64,000 nucleotides of DNA from a virus: the IMG/VR virus record IMGVR_UViG_3300028571_000830, positions 52,918 through 116,917 of that record. One strand, given 5' to 3'. How positions within the stretch are numbered: the first letter of the stretch is position 1; the number at the start of each line of letters is the position of its first letter. This document shows positions 38,261-49,105 of the stretch, one piece after another. The translations under genes and the position numbers were made by a program. A model generated the notes under the pieces. That model worked only from the letters and a program-made list of their open reading frames with translations, did no database searches and was not told the DNA's origin.

Positions 38261-38553
38261 AAGAACTCCTACAAAAACTCGCAGAACTCAACGACAAGTA
38301 CCTGGAGCTAAAATCAGAGAATGAAAGTATTAAAGGGGAAATATTTAAACTGCAAATGGCATTAATAATTGAAAGGCAAAAGAAAATATTAGAAAAATCA
38401 CACAATGAACTGATAGTCTGTCCTGAATGTAAGCATGAATGTAATGCTACTGTAATTCATACAGTCCCATTTTTCACGTACATTCATGATTGCCATAATT
38501 GTCATTATGTAATTACTGAAAGCGATTGGGAATTAGTTAATATAAAATCATGA
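38257..38553 (+). CDS. Coiled-coil plus Zn-ribbon protein
   Basis: CPEC...CHNC. Confidence 0.55.
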
Positions 38554-38665
38554 TCCTCACCGCCTTTATATTCATCACTCTGACAATTTACATAACCCTC
38601 TCCGTTTTGGTTTGGGGATGTAGATTGGTTTGGGGGTTTATCAGCACTAAATTAATTTAAAAACG

Positions 38666-38878
38666 ATGTACAAATCTTTTCAAAACAAAAAGTATTATTT
38701 AGCGTTTAACAAGTTTCCTAAAACTGCCAAAAAAGTAGAGGGTGTGCATAAAGCATATTCAACAGGATTTAGAAAATGGAAGTCTGATGATATGATTACC
38801 TACGCAATAGTTGTCGGGACATTCAGGATTATGTTTGGAATTAAAACGCCAAATTATACTTGTGATGCAGGATGTTAG
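38666..38878 (+). CDS. Hypothetical protein
   Basis: 70-aa ORF. Confidence 0.45.
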   Translation: MYKSFQNKKYYLAFNKFPKTAKKVEGVHKAYSTGFRKWKSDDMITYAIVVGTFRIMFGIKTPNYTCDAGC

Positions 38879-38961
38879 CCTTGCACATAACTCCCCACTA
38901 ACCGAAAGTTTATTTCGCATTACAAATTAGTTTGTGAATTAATTAAATCAAAATAAATAAA

Positions 38962-39249
38962 ATGAGAAGTTACAAAAAAGAATTAGAATTAATCGCCAAC
39001 GATTTGTTAAATCAAAATGCTGATGCAAAAGGTAATGAGAATAAGCCAAATTATTCCAAAAGAGATTTTATAAACGCTACAATTATTTTTCAAACCGCAT
39101 TGATGGATAAGATGTATGATAATCAAGATTACGATAAAATGGATATTGATGATAGAATGAAGATGGCTGAAAGTTGTGGTTTTGCATTAAGAAGTTTAAT
39201 CCATACCTATACTGGCTTAGATACCCATAAGATTGAGGAGTTTATTTAG
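38962..39249 (+). CDS. Hypothetical protein
   Basis: 95-aa ORF. Confidence 0.6.
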   Translation: MRSYKKELELIANDLLNQNADAKGNENKPNYSKRDFINATIIFQTALMDKMYDNQDYDKMDIDDRMKMAESCGFALRSLIHTYTGLDTHKIEEFI

Positions 39250-39369
39250 CATTACCAATAACGCTTTTTGCCGTCTGGTGCAAGAAATTTCAACTGGGTA
39301 GTGGCACTAACCACTGCACTAACATATAAAACACATCATTTTTGCAATTTTATATTTGATTGCATATAA

Positions 39370-39404
39370 TGTGAAAAACACTTATTATTTGTGAAAAACA
39401 CTTA
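39370..39404. repeat. 15-bp perfect direct repeat (20-bp period) upstream of the polymerase gene
   Basis: tgtgaaaaacactta at 39370 and 39390. Confidence 0.7.
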
Positions 39405-39485
39405 CAGAGTCTTATAATCATGCTTATTTATTCAACTCTTATACTTATCTAAAATATACTAAAAATAATAATTATTTTAAATTAA

Positions 39486-41453
39486 ATGGAAAATGAATTA
39501 AAAATATTAGTGTTTGATATAGAAACTATGGCAGAAATGTTCTTAGTTGGTATATACAATCCAGAAACAGATATGTATTTTGAGTTTGAAGTGAGTGCAT
39601 ATACACATCAATTAGATTCTTTTATAAGATTTACAGAAGTTCATCAAGATTATCATTGGGTAGGTTATAATAACCTACGCTTTGATAGTCAAGTGGTAGA
39701 ATGGATCATTAAGAATTATGAATCATGGCATGAATATTCTGCATTGGAAATATGTACAAAGATTTCAGTTAAAGCTCAAGATGTTATACATGATGCAAAT
39801 TATGATGTGTTTCCTGAATACAGAGAAGATCAATTATCATTAAAACAAATAGATTTATTCAAGATTCATCATTACGATAATAAGAATCGAATGGTCTCTT
39901 TGAAAAGACTTGAGTTTGAGATGGATCTTGAGAACATTGAAGAAATGCCTATTCATTATGCTAAGAAAGACCTAACACAACACGATTGTTCTCTTACTAG
40001 AGAGTATTGTAAGAATGATGTAATGGCTACTTATGAGTTCTATAAGATTACTACAGGCAATACAGAACATCCTTTATACAAAGAAAATAATCAAATAGAG
40101 CTTAGACAAGATATAGAAACAGAGTTTGGTATTCCATGTCTTAACTATTCAGATAGTAAAATAGGTGATGAGATGATTAAAAAATATTATTGCCAGGAGA
40201 AGAATATCAAATACAATGAACTTCCAAAGAAAGGAATGTTTAGAAGCAATATAAGTGTAAAAAACTGCATAGCTAAATATGTAACATTTATAACACCTGA
40301 ACTTAAAGCTTTCTTAAATAGAATAAAAAAAATGTCATTATCAATATCTGATGATTTTAAGGAGGAAATACATTTCTATGATAATACATATTCATTCATG
40401 AAGGGTGGATTGCATACAGAGAATAAACCTAAAATATTTGAAGCTGATGAAGAATACGAAATTATTGATTGGGATGTTAGTTCTTATTATCCAGCTATTA
40501 TTATTAATAATGGTCGTTATCCTGCTCACTTAGGTAAAGAATTTCTACGTGGTTATAAGCAAATGTTTGATAAAAGACTTGAACTTAAACCTCTAGCTAA
40601 AACAGATAAGAAAATAGCTGGTATTGTAGGAGCACTAAAACTTGCTGTAAACTCTGTTTATGGTAAATCAAGTGATATGTTGAACTGGATATATGATAGA
40701 CAACTAACTATGTTCACAACTATTACAGGTGAACTAAGTTTAATGATGCTTATTGAACAATATGAACTGAGAGGTATTCATGTCATTAGTGCTAATACAG
40801 ATGGTGTCACTGTTAGAATAAAGAAAACAGATCTGGAAGTAATGAAAGCTATTAATACTTGGTGGATGGAACTCACTACCTATGAGCTAGAACGTACTGA
40901 CTATTCAAAGATTATATTCTCTACAGTGAATGACTATTTAGCTATTAAGACAAATGGAGAAATAAAGAAGAAAGGTGATTTCCTTACAGATTTTGAATTA
41001 CACAAGAACAAGAGTGCCAGGATTGTACCTATTGCTTTAGAACAATGGTTTATTAACGGTGTGCCTGTAGAAGAAACAATAAAAAATCACAAGAATATTT
41101 ATGATTTTGCTCTTCGACAAAAAGCTAGTAGAAACTTCCACTATGAGGGACACAGCAAAGAAGGAGGAAAACATCTTTACAATAAGTTAATTCGTTATTA
41201 TGTTTCTAATAAAGGAGAGAAAATACTAAAAATAAAGAATCCTGAATGTGAAACTAATGCTGCTGCTGTAAGTCAAGTGGAAGCAGGTGAATGGTTATGT
41301 ACAGTGTGCAATTATTTACCAAAAGATCATCCTCTTGATAATATCAATCATAGTTATTATATAGATAAAGCAGAAAGAATTATCAATAAAATACAATTAG
41401 GTGGTAAAATACGTAAAATAATAGTGATACCTAATCAAATTAGTATGTTTTAA
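39486..41453 (+). CDS. polB: DNA polymerase family B
   Basis: Exo I VFDIET, Exo II GYNNLRFD, Exo III YCKND, motif A DWDVSSYYP, motif B KLAVNSVYGK, motif C SANTDG. Confidence 0.92.
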   Translation: MENELKILVFDIETMAEMFLVGIYNPETDMYFEFEVSAYTHQLDSFIRFTEVHQDYHWVGYNNLRFDSQVVEWIIKNYESWHEYSALEICTKISVKAQDVIHDANYDVFPEYREDQLSLKQIDLFKIHHYDNKNRMVSLKRLEFEMDLENIEEMPIHYAKKDLTQHDCSLTREYCKNDVMATYEFYKITTGNTEHPLYKENNQIELRQDIETEFGIPCLNYSDSKIGDEMIKKYYCQEKNIKYNELPKKGMFRSNISVKNCIAKYVTFITPELKAFLNRIKKMSLSISDDFKEEIHFYDNTYSFMKGGLHTENKPKIFEADEEYEIIDWDVSSYYPAIIINNGRYPAHLGKEFLRGYKQMFDKRLELKPLAKTDKKIAGIVGALKLAVNSVYGKSSDMLNWIYDRQLTMFTTITGELSLMMLIEQYELRGIHVISANTDGVTVRIKKTDLEVMKAINTWWMELTTYELERTDYSKIIFSTVNDYLAIKTNGEIKKKGDFLTDFELHKNKSARIVPIALEQWFINGVPVEETIKNHKNIYDFALRQKASRNFHYEGHSKEGGKHLYNKLIRYYVSNKGEKILKIKNPECETNAAAVSQVEAGEWLCTVCNYLPKDHPLDNINHSYYIDKAERIINKIQLGGKIRKIIVIPNQISMF

Positions 41454-41463
41454 TTAATGAATT

Positions 41464-41718
41464 ATGAAGAAAAAAATTAACAGAACGACAATCACTGATC
41501 ATTTAATAGAATATCAACTTAAAATGATTGGTATGAATGTAGAAGATGCTCTTAAGGACCCAGAGTGGTATAACAATTGGACAATGACATCTGAACAACA
41601 TGATGAATTTAAAGCATATGCAATTCCTTTATTAAAAAAGGTGTTTAAATTTAATACAACAAAAGCAAATTCTACATTTTCTTATTTCAATCTACAATTT
41701 GGACTTAGAATATTATAA
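41464..41718 (+). CDS. Hypothetical protein
   Basis: 84-aa ORF. Confidence 0.6.
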   Translation: MKKKINRTTITDHLIEYQLKMIGMNVEDALKDPEWYNNWTMTSEQHDEFKAYAIPLLKKVFKFNTTKANSTFSYFNLQFGLRIL

Positions 41719-41741
41719 CTTTAATCAAATCAATTATTAAC

Positions 41742-41768
41742 AGGGCTCTCACAAGGAGCCTTTTTTTT
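41742..41768 (+). terminator. Rho-independent terminator
   Basis: gggctc-tcacaag-gagcc followed by T8. Confidence 0.7.
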
Positions 41769-41790
41769 ATTTACACTAACTAAATTAATT

Positions 41791-41988
41791 ATGGGACACA
41801 CAAAAGACTTATTAGAAGAAGATTGGGAGAGAGAACATCTCAAAGATTCCTTATATTTGTTAGAAGAAAAAATGAGAATTGAAGCTGAATATTATAGCTC
41901 AATAAATAGAAAACCTGCCAAGATTATAGTGGTGATAAAAGAAAAGAAAGAAGAATATGAAATTAAACATAACACCCTTCCATTTTGA
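41791..41988 (+). CDS. Hypothetical protein
   Basis: 65-aa ORF. Confidence 0.5.
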   Translation: MGHTKDLLEEDWEREHLKDSLYLLEEKMRIEAEYYSSINRKPAKIIVVIKEKKEEYEIKHNTLPF

Positions 41989-42580
41989 AGAACTAATTAA
42001 GAAAGGATATACATTAGACATGATCTATATATTATCTCTTATAGATGCTGAATATGATGTAAGTCCATTGTGTGAAAGTAGTATGAAAATTAGTGGTGTT
42101 TACAATTCATTAATTCGTAGAGGATTGATAACAGAAAATGATAAAATCACCACTATAGGTGTTGGATTGTTAGAATACATTAAATCTGATACAAAGCTAA
42201 AGATTATCAAAAGAAAGCCTGCTACAGAAGAATTTGAACAATGGTGGAAATCATATCCAGGTACAGACACTTTCACTCATAAGGGAAAGAAGTTTAGTGG
42301 ATCTAGAACACTTAGGTTGAATAGAGATGAATGTAGACTTGCTTTTGATAAGATATTGATTGAAGGAGAATATCCTGCATCTACACTAATTAATGCATTG
42401 TTGTATGATGTAGCACAAAAGAAAGAAATGTCTGTAAAGACAGGAAACAATAAACTATCTTATATGCAGAATAGCTTAACGTATTTAAATCAACGTAGCT
42501 ATGAGCCCTTTATAGAACTAATGAATGAAGGTGTTGTCATACAAGAATCAAACAATGTACAACATGGAACAGATATTTAA
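41957..42580 (+). CDS. Putative replication initiator/helicase-loader-like protein
   Basis: N-terminal wHTH-like region; FEQWWKSYP...YMQNSLTYLNQRSYE resembles phage replication-protein C-termini. Confidence 0.45.
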   Translation: MKLNITPFHFEELIKKGYTLDMIYILSLIDAEYDVSPLCESSMKISGVYNSLIRRGLITENDKITTIGVGLLEYIKSDTKLKIIKRKPATEEFEQWWKSYPGTDTFTHKGKKFSGSRTLRLNRDECRLAFDKILIEGEYPASTLINALLYDVAQKKEMSVKTGNNKLSYMQNSLTYLNQRSYEPFIELMNEGVVIQESNNVQHGTDI

Positions 42581-42872
42581 AGAATTAAAAAAACTTGGTT
42601 ACAAACATTATACAGAGTATACTGTTGAAGAATTAGATGATTTACCATTAAATAGTGCTGAAAGAGTTTCAGAACAAGCTTTGGTTTTTAGATGGTTTAG
42701 AGAGAAGTATGAATTAACAAGTTGGATTTACAATAGTCATATGGACAAGTTTTATTACACTATACTACAAAATGGAAAAATAGTAAAATCACATAATTCA
42801 ACAATTACTTACGAAGAAGCAGAACTTGCTTGTGTGGTCAAGTTGATAGAAATTGTAAAAGAGAAATTATGA
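42525..42872 (+). CDS. Hypothetical protein
   Basis: FRWFREKY...TYEEAELACVVKLIEIVK. Confidence 0.55.
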   Translation: MKVLSYKNQTMYNMEQIFKELKKLGYKHYTEYTVEELDDLPLNSAERVSEQALVFRWFREKYELTSWIYNSHMDKFYYTILQNGKIVKSHNSTITYEEAELACVVKLIEIVKEKL

Positions 42873-43480
42873 AAACAAAAGAAGAACAAAAACAACATCT
42901 CATTGACATGATGAAAGATGATGAAGAATTAGGATTGTATGAAGAACCTAAACAAGAAACCACTCTTGAAGAAAATTTGAATGACCCACAATGGTTTTGG
43001 GATGAAAATGGCAAACCAAACTATAACTTTAAATTAAAATATAAAATGGAAGAAGAAATTAAACAAGAAACAACTGAATCAGAAGAATTATATAAACAAG
43101 ACATTATTCAGTTAATTGAAGATAGAATATTATCAGAATATAAAAAACATTCGGCATCATTACCTGATGAATGGGCTAAAATAGCAGCTTATAAAATACA
43201 TAAATCAATTTCAGATAAAATGGAAGAACCTAAACAAGAAACAATTGAAGAAGCTGCTGAAAAATACGCTGATTTCAGTAATGATTATATACCAATGTCT
43301 TTTGGAGGTAAGTTTAATGAAACCACAAAAAAAGATTTTATAGCAGGTGCAAAATGGCAAGCTGAAAGAATGTATAGTGAGGAAGAAGTCAAAACAATAT
43401 GTGACAAATATCACAATCAAATGTGTTTATATGGTAATAAAAAAGCCCAAGAATGGTTTGAACAATTAAAAAAGAAATAA
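42869..43480 (+). CDS. Hypothetical modular phage protein (KQET repeats)
   Basis: Start MKTKEEQKQ; three KQET modules; GAKWQAERMYSEEEV...WFEQLKKK. Confidence 0.6.
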   Translation: MKTKEEQKQHLIDMMKDDEELGLYEEPKQETTLEENLNDPQWFWDENGKPNYNFKLKYKMEEEIKQETTESEELYKQDIIQLIEDRILSEYKKHSASLPDEWAKIAAYKIHKSISDKMEEPKQETIEEAAEKYADFSNDYIPMSFGGKFNETTKKDFIAGAKWQAERMYSEEEVKTICDKYHNQMCLYGNKKAQEWFEQLKKK

Positions 43481-43481
43481 T

Positions 43482-43751
43482 ATGAAAACAGTAATAACAG
43501 TAGAAGAGTTTATTATTTCAAAACTTGGAATAAATGGTGATTTAAAACTACATCAGGTAGCTTTACCATATCCTTCATGGTTAGAGTTGATAGAAGAATA
43601 TTCTATTTTAAAGTCTAAGTTCCATGTAGAGGCTGCATTAAAATCAGCAAGTGAAAATGCAGAAACTAAATGGGTTAAATATACTGAGAATGATTATGAA
43701 ATTGATAAAGAATCAATCTTAAATGCTTATCCACTTGATTTAATTAAATGA
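43482..43751 (+). CDS. Hypothetical protein
   Basis: KFHVEAALKSASE...IDKESILNAYPL. Confidence 0.55.
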   Translation: MKTVITVEEFIISKLGINGDLKLHQVALPYPSWLELIEEYSILKSKFHVEAALKSASENAETKWVKYTENDYEIDKESILNAYPLDLIK

Positions 43752-43755
43752 AAAC

Positions 43756-43920
43756 ATGACAGCATTAGAACAACTAATTGAGAGACTAAAGGATTTAGAA
43801 ACTCATGAAATAAGCCTGAATGGAAAAATAGCTTATACAGTGGCTATTGCTGCTGCAGAGAGTCTTATAGATGAAGAACAAAGAATATTTAATCAAATTA
43901 GAAAAGAAAGGAAATTATGA
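43756..43920 (+). CDS. 54-aa hypothetical protein
   Basis: MTALEQLIERLKDLE...RKERKL*; stop overlaps the helicase ATG. Confidence 0.45.
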   Translation: MTALEQLIERLKDLETHEISLNGKIAYTVAIAAAESLIDEEQRIFNQIRKERKL

Positions 43921-46065
43921 GTTTTGAGCATTTAAATGAAGAAGTGAATAAAGGTCTATCTGGAAGAAATAAAGGAATTCCTATGGGCTTTGATAGACTT
44001 AATCGTTATATAGGGATTAGGAAGAGTATGTATTTTCTTGTGGGTGGTCTCACTGGGTTAACAAAATAAATAATACAATTTACTTGTATATACCAAAACT
44101 AATTATTACCTTTATGTAAAATTAGTTAGTATGATTAAGATATATTGTTTATATGATCCAAATGAATGCAAAGTTAGATATGTTGGTAGAACCAGTAAAA
44201 AAGTTTTAGAACATAGATTAATTGAGCATATTTCAAAAGCTAAATATTTTGAAAAGTATTATGAAGGTAAAAGAATTCCACACAGAGTTAATTGGATTAA
44301 AAAAATTCTTTCTGAAGGAAGAGAACCTAAAATAAAATTACTAGCAAAGATAGAAGGTTGGTCTGAGTCTCATCAATTTGAAAGACAATTGATTAAAAAA
44401 TGGAAAGATGTTAGAAATTTAGTAAATCTAGAAGATCGTGGAGAAGGAAATAAAAATAGAATTGTTACATCTGAAGATAAAACAAAGATAAGTAACTCTT
44501 TAAAAGAATATTACAAAACTAATAAAAATGCAAAAAGCAAGACAGTTTATGTATATAATCTTAATGGAGAATATTTAAAATCTTTTGAATCTGGAATAAA
44601 ATGTAGCAAATTTTATAAAATTCCTCAAACTAAAGTTGCAAGGAATTGTAACAAATATATTCTTAAATATAAAGATTGGATATTTTCATACATTAAGTAT
44701 GAAAGTTTACAACCTTATGTAAAACAAAAAAGAATACAAGATCTTCCAAGATTAAATAGAAGAAAACATTATAAAGTTGAAAACTTATTAACAAATAAAA
44801 TTCATATGTTAAAAGGTCTTCAAGAGATTCAAGATTTAATTGGAATAAATAAGGGTAATATATCAAAATTTATAAAATTATATGGGGGCATATACAAGAA
44901 GATGTATAAAATATCTGGCCCAGAATAAATTGGATGAATTGCTGGAACCCCTCCTTAAAATGGGCAATCAGCAGCCAAGTTAACCAGGGATGGTTAAAAG
45001 GTTCAACGACTAATAGCATACCACTAGAACAGTGATGAAGCTAACACGAGCGTCCAACACACTTAGGTGTGATGATATAGTCTGAACTTATACAATGGAA
45101 AAGTATGAGAAGTAAAGGATAAAGAGCCTTTACGATAACATTACGCAGGTAAAACTTCATTCATTGATGATGCATTTGTTCTTAATCCCTATGATTGGTT
45201 TATTTCAAATCAAAATACTAATGGTGTAAAGCTAAAGATTATATATAGGTCTATGGAAAGAAGTAGAACTTATAAAATGGCTAAGTGGGTTAGTAGAAAG
45301 ATATTTATAGACTATGGTATAATTATATCTATAAACAAACTATTGGGCTGGACAGATAAAATGACTAAAGATGAGCATGACTTGTTTCTATTACAAAGAG
45401 AATATGTAGAACAAATGAGTGATGTAATTACAATCATTGATGGTCCAGAGAATCCAGTGGGTATAGCAAAAGATTTAAAGACTTATGCTTTACAACATGG
45501 TAAAATTGAACAGTTAGATGAGTATAATAAGATATACATACCAGAAGATTCTAACACAGTGACAATTGTTGTTATAGATCACATAGGACTACTTAAAACT
45601 ACAAAGGACTTATCCACTAAGAAACAAGTGATTGATAAGATGTCTGATGAGTTAAGATATGCTAGAGATTTTTTTGGATACACTCCTGTTGTAGTGAGTC
45701 AGTTTAACAGAGACATTAGTAATCCTATTAGGATTAAGAATGGTGATGTTGAGCCTCAATTAGATGATTTTAAAGATTCATCCACTACACAAGAAGATGC
45801 TGATGTTGTTCTTGCTCTATTTGATCCTATGAGATATAAAGTGGATGATCCTTCTGGATATAAACTTGAGAAACTAAAGGATGAATATGGAGCTAAGTAT
45901 TTTAGATCATTAAGAATAATCAAGAATAGTTATGGAGAAGACGACATAAGAATAGGACTTGGCTTCTTAGGTCAAGTGGGTATGTTTAAAGAATTAAATA
46001 GAATGAAAGATATGACTGAATCAGATTATGAATCAGTAGTTAACAAAAGTTGGTTTTTATCATAA
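43917..46065 (+). CDS. dnaB: DnaB-like (SF4) replicative helicase, spliced join(43917..44058,45146..46065), 353 aa
   Basis: Exon 1 GIPMGFDRLN...VGGLTG plus exon 2 gives Walker A GLTGSGKT; VVIDHIGLL, VVVSQFNR, QEDADVV, IIKNSYG. Confidence 0.85.
44059..45145 (+). mobile_element. Group I intron (IA-like, 1087 nt) in the helicase Walker A
   Basis: 5' exon ctgggT pairs with IGS gcccag (44918-44923); P3 ttggatg/cgtccaa; P aattgctggaa; Q aatcagcag; R ttcaacgacta; S gatatagtc; terminal G at 45145; splicing restores the frame. Confidence 0.9.
44131..44928 (+). CDS. Intron-encoded GIY-YIG homing endonuclease with NUMOD1-like C-terminus
   Basis: KIYCLYDP...RYVGRT...HRLIEH; VYVYNLNGEYLKSFES. Confidence 0.85.
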   Translation: MIKIYCLYDPNECKVRYVGRTSKKVLEHRLIEHISKAKYFEKYYEGKRIPHRVNWIKKILSEGREPKIKLLAKIEGWSESHQFERQLIKKWKDVRNLVNLEDRGEGNKNRIVTSEDKTKISNSLKEYYKTNKNAKSKTVYVYNLNGEYLKSFESGIKCSKFYKIPQTKVARNCNKYILKYKDWIFSYIKYESLQPYVKQKRIQDLPRLNRRKHYKVENLLTNKIHMLKGLQEIQDLIGINKGNISKFIKLYGGIYKKMYKISGPE

Positions 46066-46076
46066 ATTAAAATAAA

Positions 46077-46406
46077 ATGAATCACGCAGAAACAATAGAA
46101 AATGATAAGGGAGATATTAAGTTAGTTAGACTAGTATATAGTGATCACAATTCAGAAGCATGGATAGAATTTAATAGTTTAAAAGATCAGGACTACCCAA
46201 ACCAAGATATAATTTGGGATAATGACAATTTTATATTTGGTAAATTCTATAAATTCTTGATTAGATACAAGTGTAATAAGTTGAAAGATAAGGATGAAAA
46301 GAAATATAAAGAGGTTTTGTCAATATTAAATCAAGATGTTGTTTCTGAATTAATAGATATGTTAGAATTTGCATTAGAAAAAAAGTGGTATGAGTTTAAG
46401 GAATAA
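46077..46406 (+). CDS. Hypothetical protein
   Basis: 109-aa ORF. Confidence 0.55.
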   Translation: MNHAETIENDKGDIKLVRLVYSDHNSEAWIEFNSLKDQDYPNQDIIWDNDNFIFGKFYKFLIRYKCNKLKDKDEKKYKEVLSILNQDVVSELIDMLEFALEKKWYEFKE

Positions 46407-47463
46407 AAGACAAGAAGAATTTGCAAACATCTGGCTGGAATCAGATAGGTTTGGTATATTGAATCTCTGTCCAAGATTTGGAAAGATATATACAACAATC
46501 AACATCCTTGAGAAGCTAGACAAGAATATAAATATCCTAATAGCCTATCCAGATATAAAGATAAAAGAATCCTGGGAAGCAGACTTTAAGACTAGAAAGT
46601 ATAAAAATGATAACATTGTTTATACAACACATCTATCTATAAAGAAACATGTTCAGTCTTTTTTTGATTTAGTTATATTAGATGAGATACATTTACTTTC
46701 TGAGGCACAAATAGAAGCTGTTAGAGAGCTCACCTGTACGAAGGTGTTAGGTCTCACTGGTACTTTATCTAGCTGGACAGAAACAACATTGCTAGAGGAG
46801 CTAGAATTGCCTGTAATAGCAATCTATCCAATAGAACAAGCTATTGCTGAAGGAGTGATTGTAGATTATGAAATATCAGTGATTAAAGTGCCCTTAGACA
46901 ATGTTACACAAATACAATACAAAACAAAACTTAAGACTGAAAAGCAACAGTTTGATAGCTATGGATACATTATCAATAAGATGCAATCTAGTGGACAAGA
47001 TACAATGTTTCTTCGTCTATCTAGAATGCGAATCATCCAAAATAGTTTAGCCAAATTAAAAGCTACTAAAAAGATTTTGTCAGAGAATTCAACTGATAGG
47101 ATATTAGTCTTTTGTGGATTGACCAAAATAGCAGATGCTTTAGGAATTCCTTCCTATCATAGTAAGTCTAGTGAAAAAGATATATTTCAAGACTTCGCTG
47201 AGGGTAAAGGTAATCATTTAGCTGTTGTAAAGATTGGTAACACTGGAGTGACATACACTCCTTTAAATAAAGTGATCATTAACTATTTCGATAGTAATGC
47301 AGAAAATCTTGCTCAAAGAATAAATAGATGTATGGCAATGGAGTATAACACTCCTGATAAGAAAGCCCACATATACATCATTAGTTCTAATGAGGAAGTT
47401 GAGTTAAAGTGGCTCAATAAAGCACTTGAGTTCTTTGATAAAAGTAAAATTAAATACTTATAG
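46390..47463 (+). CDS. Superfamily 2 (DExH) helicase
   Basis: PRFGK, VILDEIH, GLTGT, ILVFC, QRINR. Confidence 0.85.
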   Translation: MSLRNKRQEEFANIWLESDRFGILNLCPRFGKIYTTINILEKLDKNINILIAYPDIKIKESWEADFKTRKYKNDNIVYTTHLSIKKHVQSFFDLVILDEIHLLSEAQIEAVRELTCTKVLGLTGTLSSWTETTLLEELELPVIAIYPIEQAIAEGVIVDYEISVIKVPLDNVTQIQYKTKLKTEKQQFDSYGYIINKMQSSGQDTMFLRLSRMRIIQNSLAKLKATKKILSENSTDRILVFCGLTKIADALGIPSYHSKSSEKDIFQDFAEGKGNHLAVVKIGNTGVTYTPLNKVIINYFDSNAENLAQRINRCMAMEYNTPDKKAHIYIISSNEEVELKWLNKALEFFDKSKIKYL

Positions 47464-47524
47464 AATGCGAATAAATACGTATATTTACGTATAAATAACT
47501 AAATAATAAACTAAAAATCAAACA

Positions 47525-48196
47525 ATGAGTTCAAAACTAATTGGTATCGTAGGATCTACAGGTACAGGAAAAAGTACAGCAATCAAACATTTAAATCCAG
47601 AAGAAACTTACATCATTAATGTAGCAAAAAAGGAACTTCCATTTAAAGGATCTGATAAGCTTTACAACAAAGACAAGAAGAATTACAAAGAAGTGGATGA
47701 TGCGAATGAAATATCTCGTCTATTGATGACTATTTCAGACAAAGCTCTACACATTAAAAACATTATTATTGAAGACAGTAATTACATCATGGGTTTTACA
47801 ATGGTGGACAAAGCTACTGAAGTGGGTTATACTAAGTTTAGTATAATGGCTAAAGACATGGTTGAATTGTTTAAAACAGGTAGAAAACTAAGAGATGATA
47901 TTGTTGTATTTTATTTAACACATCCAGAAACCATTGAAGATGGTGGAGAAATCATTGGATACAAAATTAAAACTGCTGGTAAGTTGATTGATAACCAAGT
48001 GTTATTAGAAGGACTTCTTACAGTTTGTTTGTATACACATGTAGAAGAAAAGAAGGATGGTACAGTTGAGTACAACTTTATAACTAATAGGTTTAGAAAG
48101 TTTCCAGCAAAAAGTCCAGATGGAATGTTTACAGAATTAAAAATACCAAACAACTTGCAATTAGTTGTGGATAAAGTGAATGAATATTATAAATAA
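47525..48196 (+). CDS. AAA-24/Sak4-like ATPase (putative ssDNA-annealing)
   Basis: GSTGTGKS, IIIEDSNY, LTHPE, AKSPDGMF. Confidence 0.75.
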   Translation: MSSKLIGIVGSTGTGKSTAIKHLNPEETYIINVAKKELPFKGSDKLYNKDKKNYKEVDDANEISRLLMTISDKALHIKNIIIEDSNYIMGFTMVDKATEVGYTKFSIMAKDMVELFKTGRKLRDDIVVFYLTHPETIEDGGEIIGYKIKTAGKLIDNQVLLEGLLTVCLYTHVEEKKDGTVEYNFITNRFRKFPAKSPDGMFTELKIPNNLQLVVDKVNEYYK

Positions 48197-48220
48197 ATTA
48201 AACTAAATAAATAATAAATT

Positions 48221-49090
48221 ATGAGTACAATTGGAGGAAAAAAACGAGAAAGCAATGCTTTACCAGATTTCGCAAAAAAAGTTGGATTATTTGAGGCTAA
48301 CGTAATAGCTGTAAATCCTGATATGGAAGAATACAAAGACATATTAGGCATTGAACTTAAAGAAGATAGTAAAGCACTAGAATATTTAGGAAAAACTGAA
48401 GAAGGAAATACCAAATTACGAATAGATATTTGGTTAGAAGAAGTGAAGAACAATGAAAAGTTCAAAGTGACATTCTTTTTAGAAGATAAAGAGAAAGAAA
48501 ATAAGGATGGATCTAAGAATCAGTATATAAATGCTGTTGGTGTTTGTTCTTGGGCTTCTGATCCTAATGATTTACCAGAATGGTTTGCTAAACGTGACTA
48601 TCGTGTAGCTTATGTTGGTGAAGAAGATTTATATAATTTCATGCGTACATGGTTAAGTAATCTTGACTATCGTGATGCAGAAACTATATTAGAGATTGAC
48701 TGGAAGAAGTTGATGAAAGGTAATGTTAAAGACATCAAGTCTCAAATTGATGGAGAATGGTGTAGTACAATTGGTGCTCTTGCTACGATTAAGATTGTTG
48801 TTAAAGATGATGAAACTAAGGAGTATCAAGGTGTGTATAACAAATTGTTCCTACCACCATACAGCATCAAGCAATTTAGACTTGTAGACTATAGTAAAAC
48901 TGACACCTTGAATAAATTAAGAACTAAAAAACCAAAAGACTTAAAAGCTCATGAGAAGTTTGTTGTGAGTGTTACAGGTGAATATGGTTGTAAGGATTAT
49001 TTTATACTAAAAGATCTAAAGGATTATGATCCTGATGATAATTTGGTAGCATCTGATAAAGTGATTAGTGAAGATGATGCTGACTTTTAA
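48221..49090 (+). CDS. Putative single-stranded DNA-binding protein
   Basis: Follows the AAA ATPase; beta-rich; acidic/aromatic C-terminal tail SEDDADF. Confidence 0.5.
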   Translation: MSTIGGKKRESNALPDFAKKVGLFEANVIAVNPDMEEYKDILGIELKEDSKALEYLGKTEEGNTKLRIDIWLEEVKNNEKFKVTFFLEDKEKENKDGSKNQYINAVGVCSWASDPNDLPEWFAKRDYRVAYVGEEDLYNFMRTWLSNLDYRDAETILEIDWKKLMKGNVKDIKSQIDGEWCSTIGALATIKIVVKDDETKEYQGVYNKLFLPPYSIKQFRLVDYSKTDTLNKLRTKKPKDLKAHEKFVVSVTGEYGCKDYFILKDLKDYDPDDNLVASDKVISEDDADF

Positions 49091-49105
49091 TTAAACCAGT
49101 TATAA

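Noticed and set aside
45253-46065. ORF-track starts at 45253 (and likewise 54030) as independent genes
   Set aside because: These are internal Met codons of the second exons
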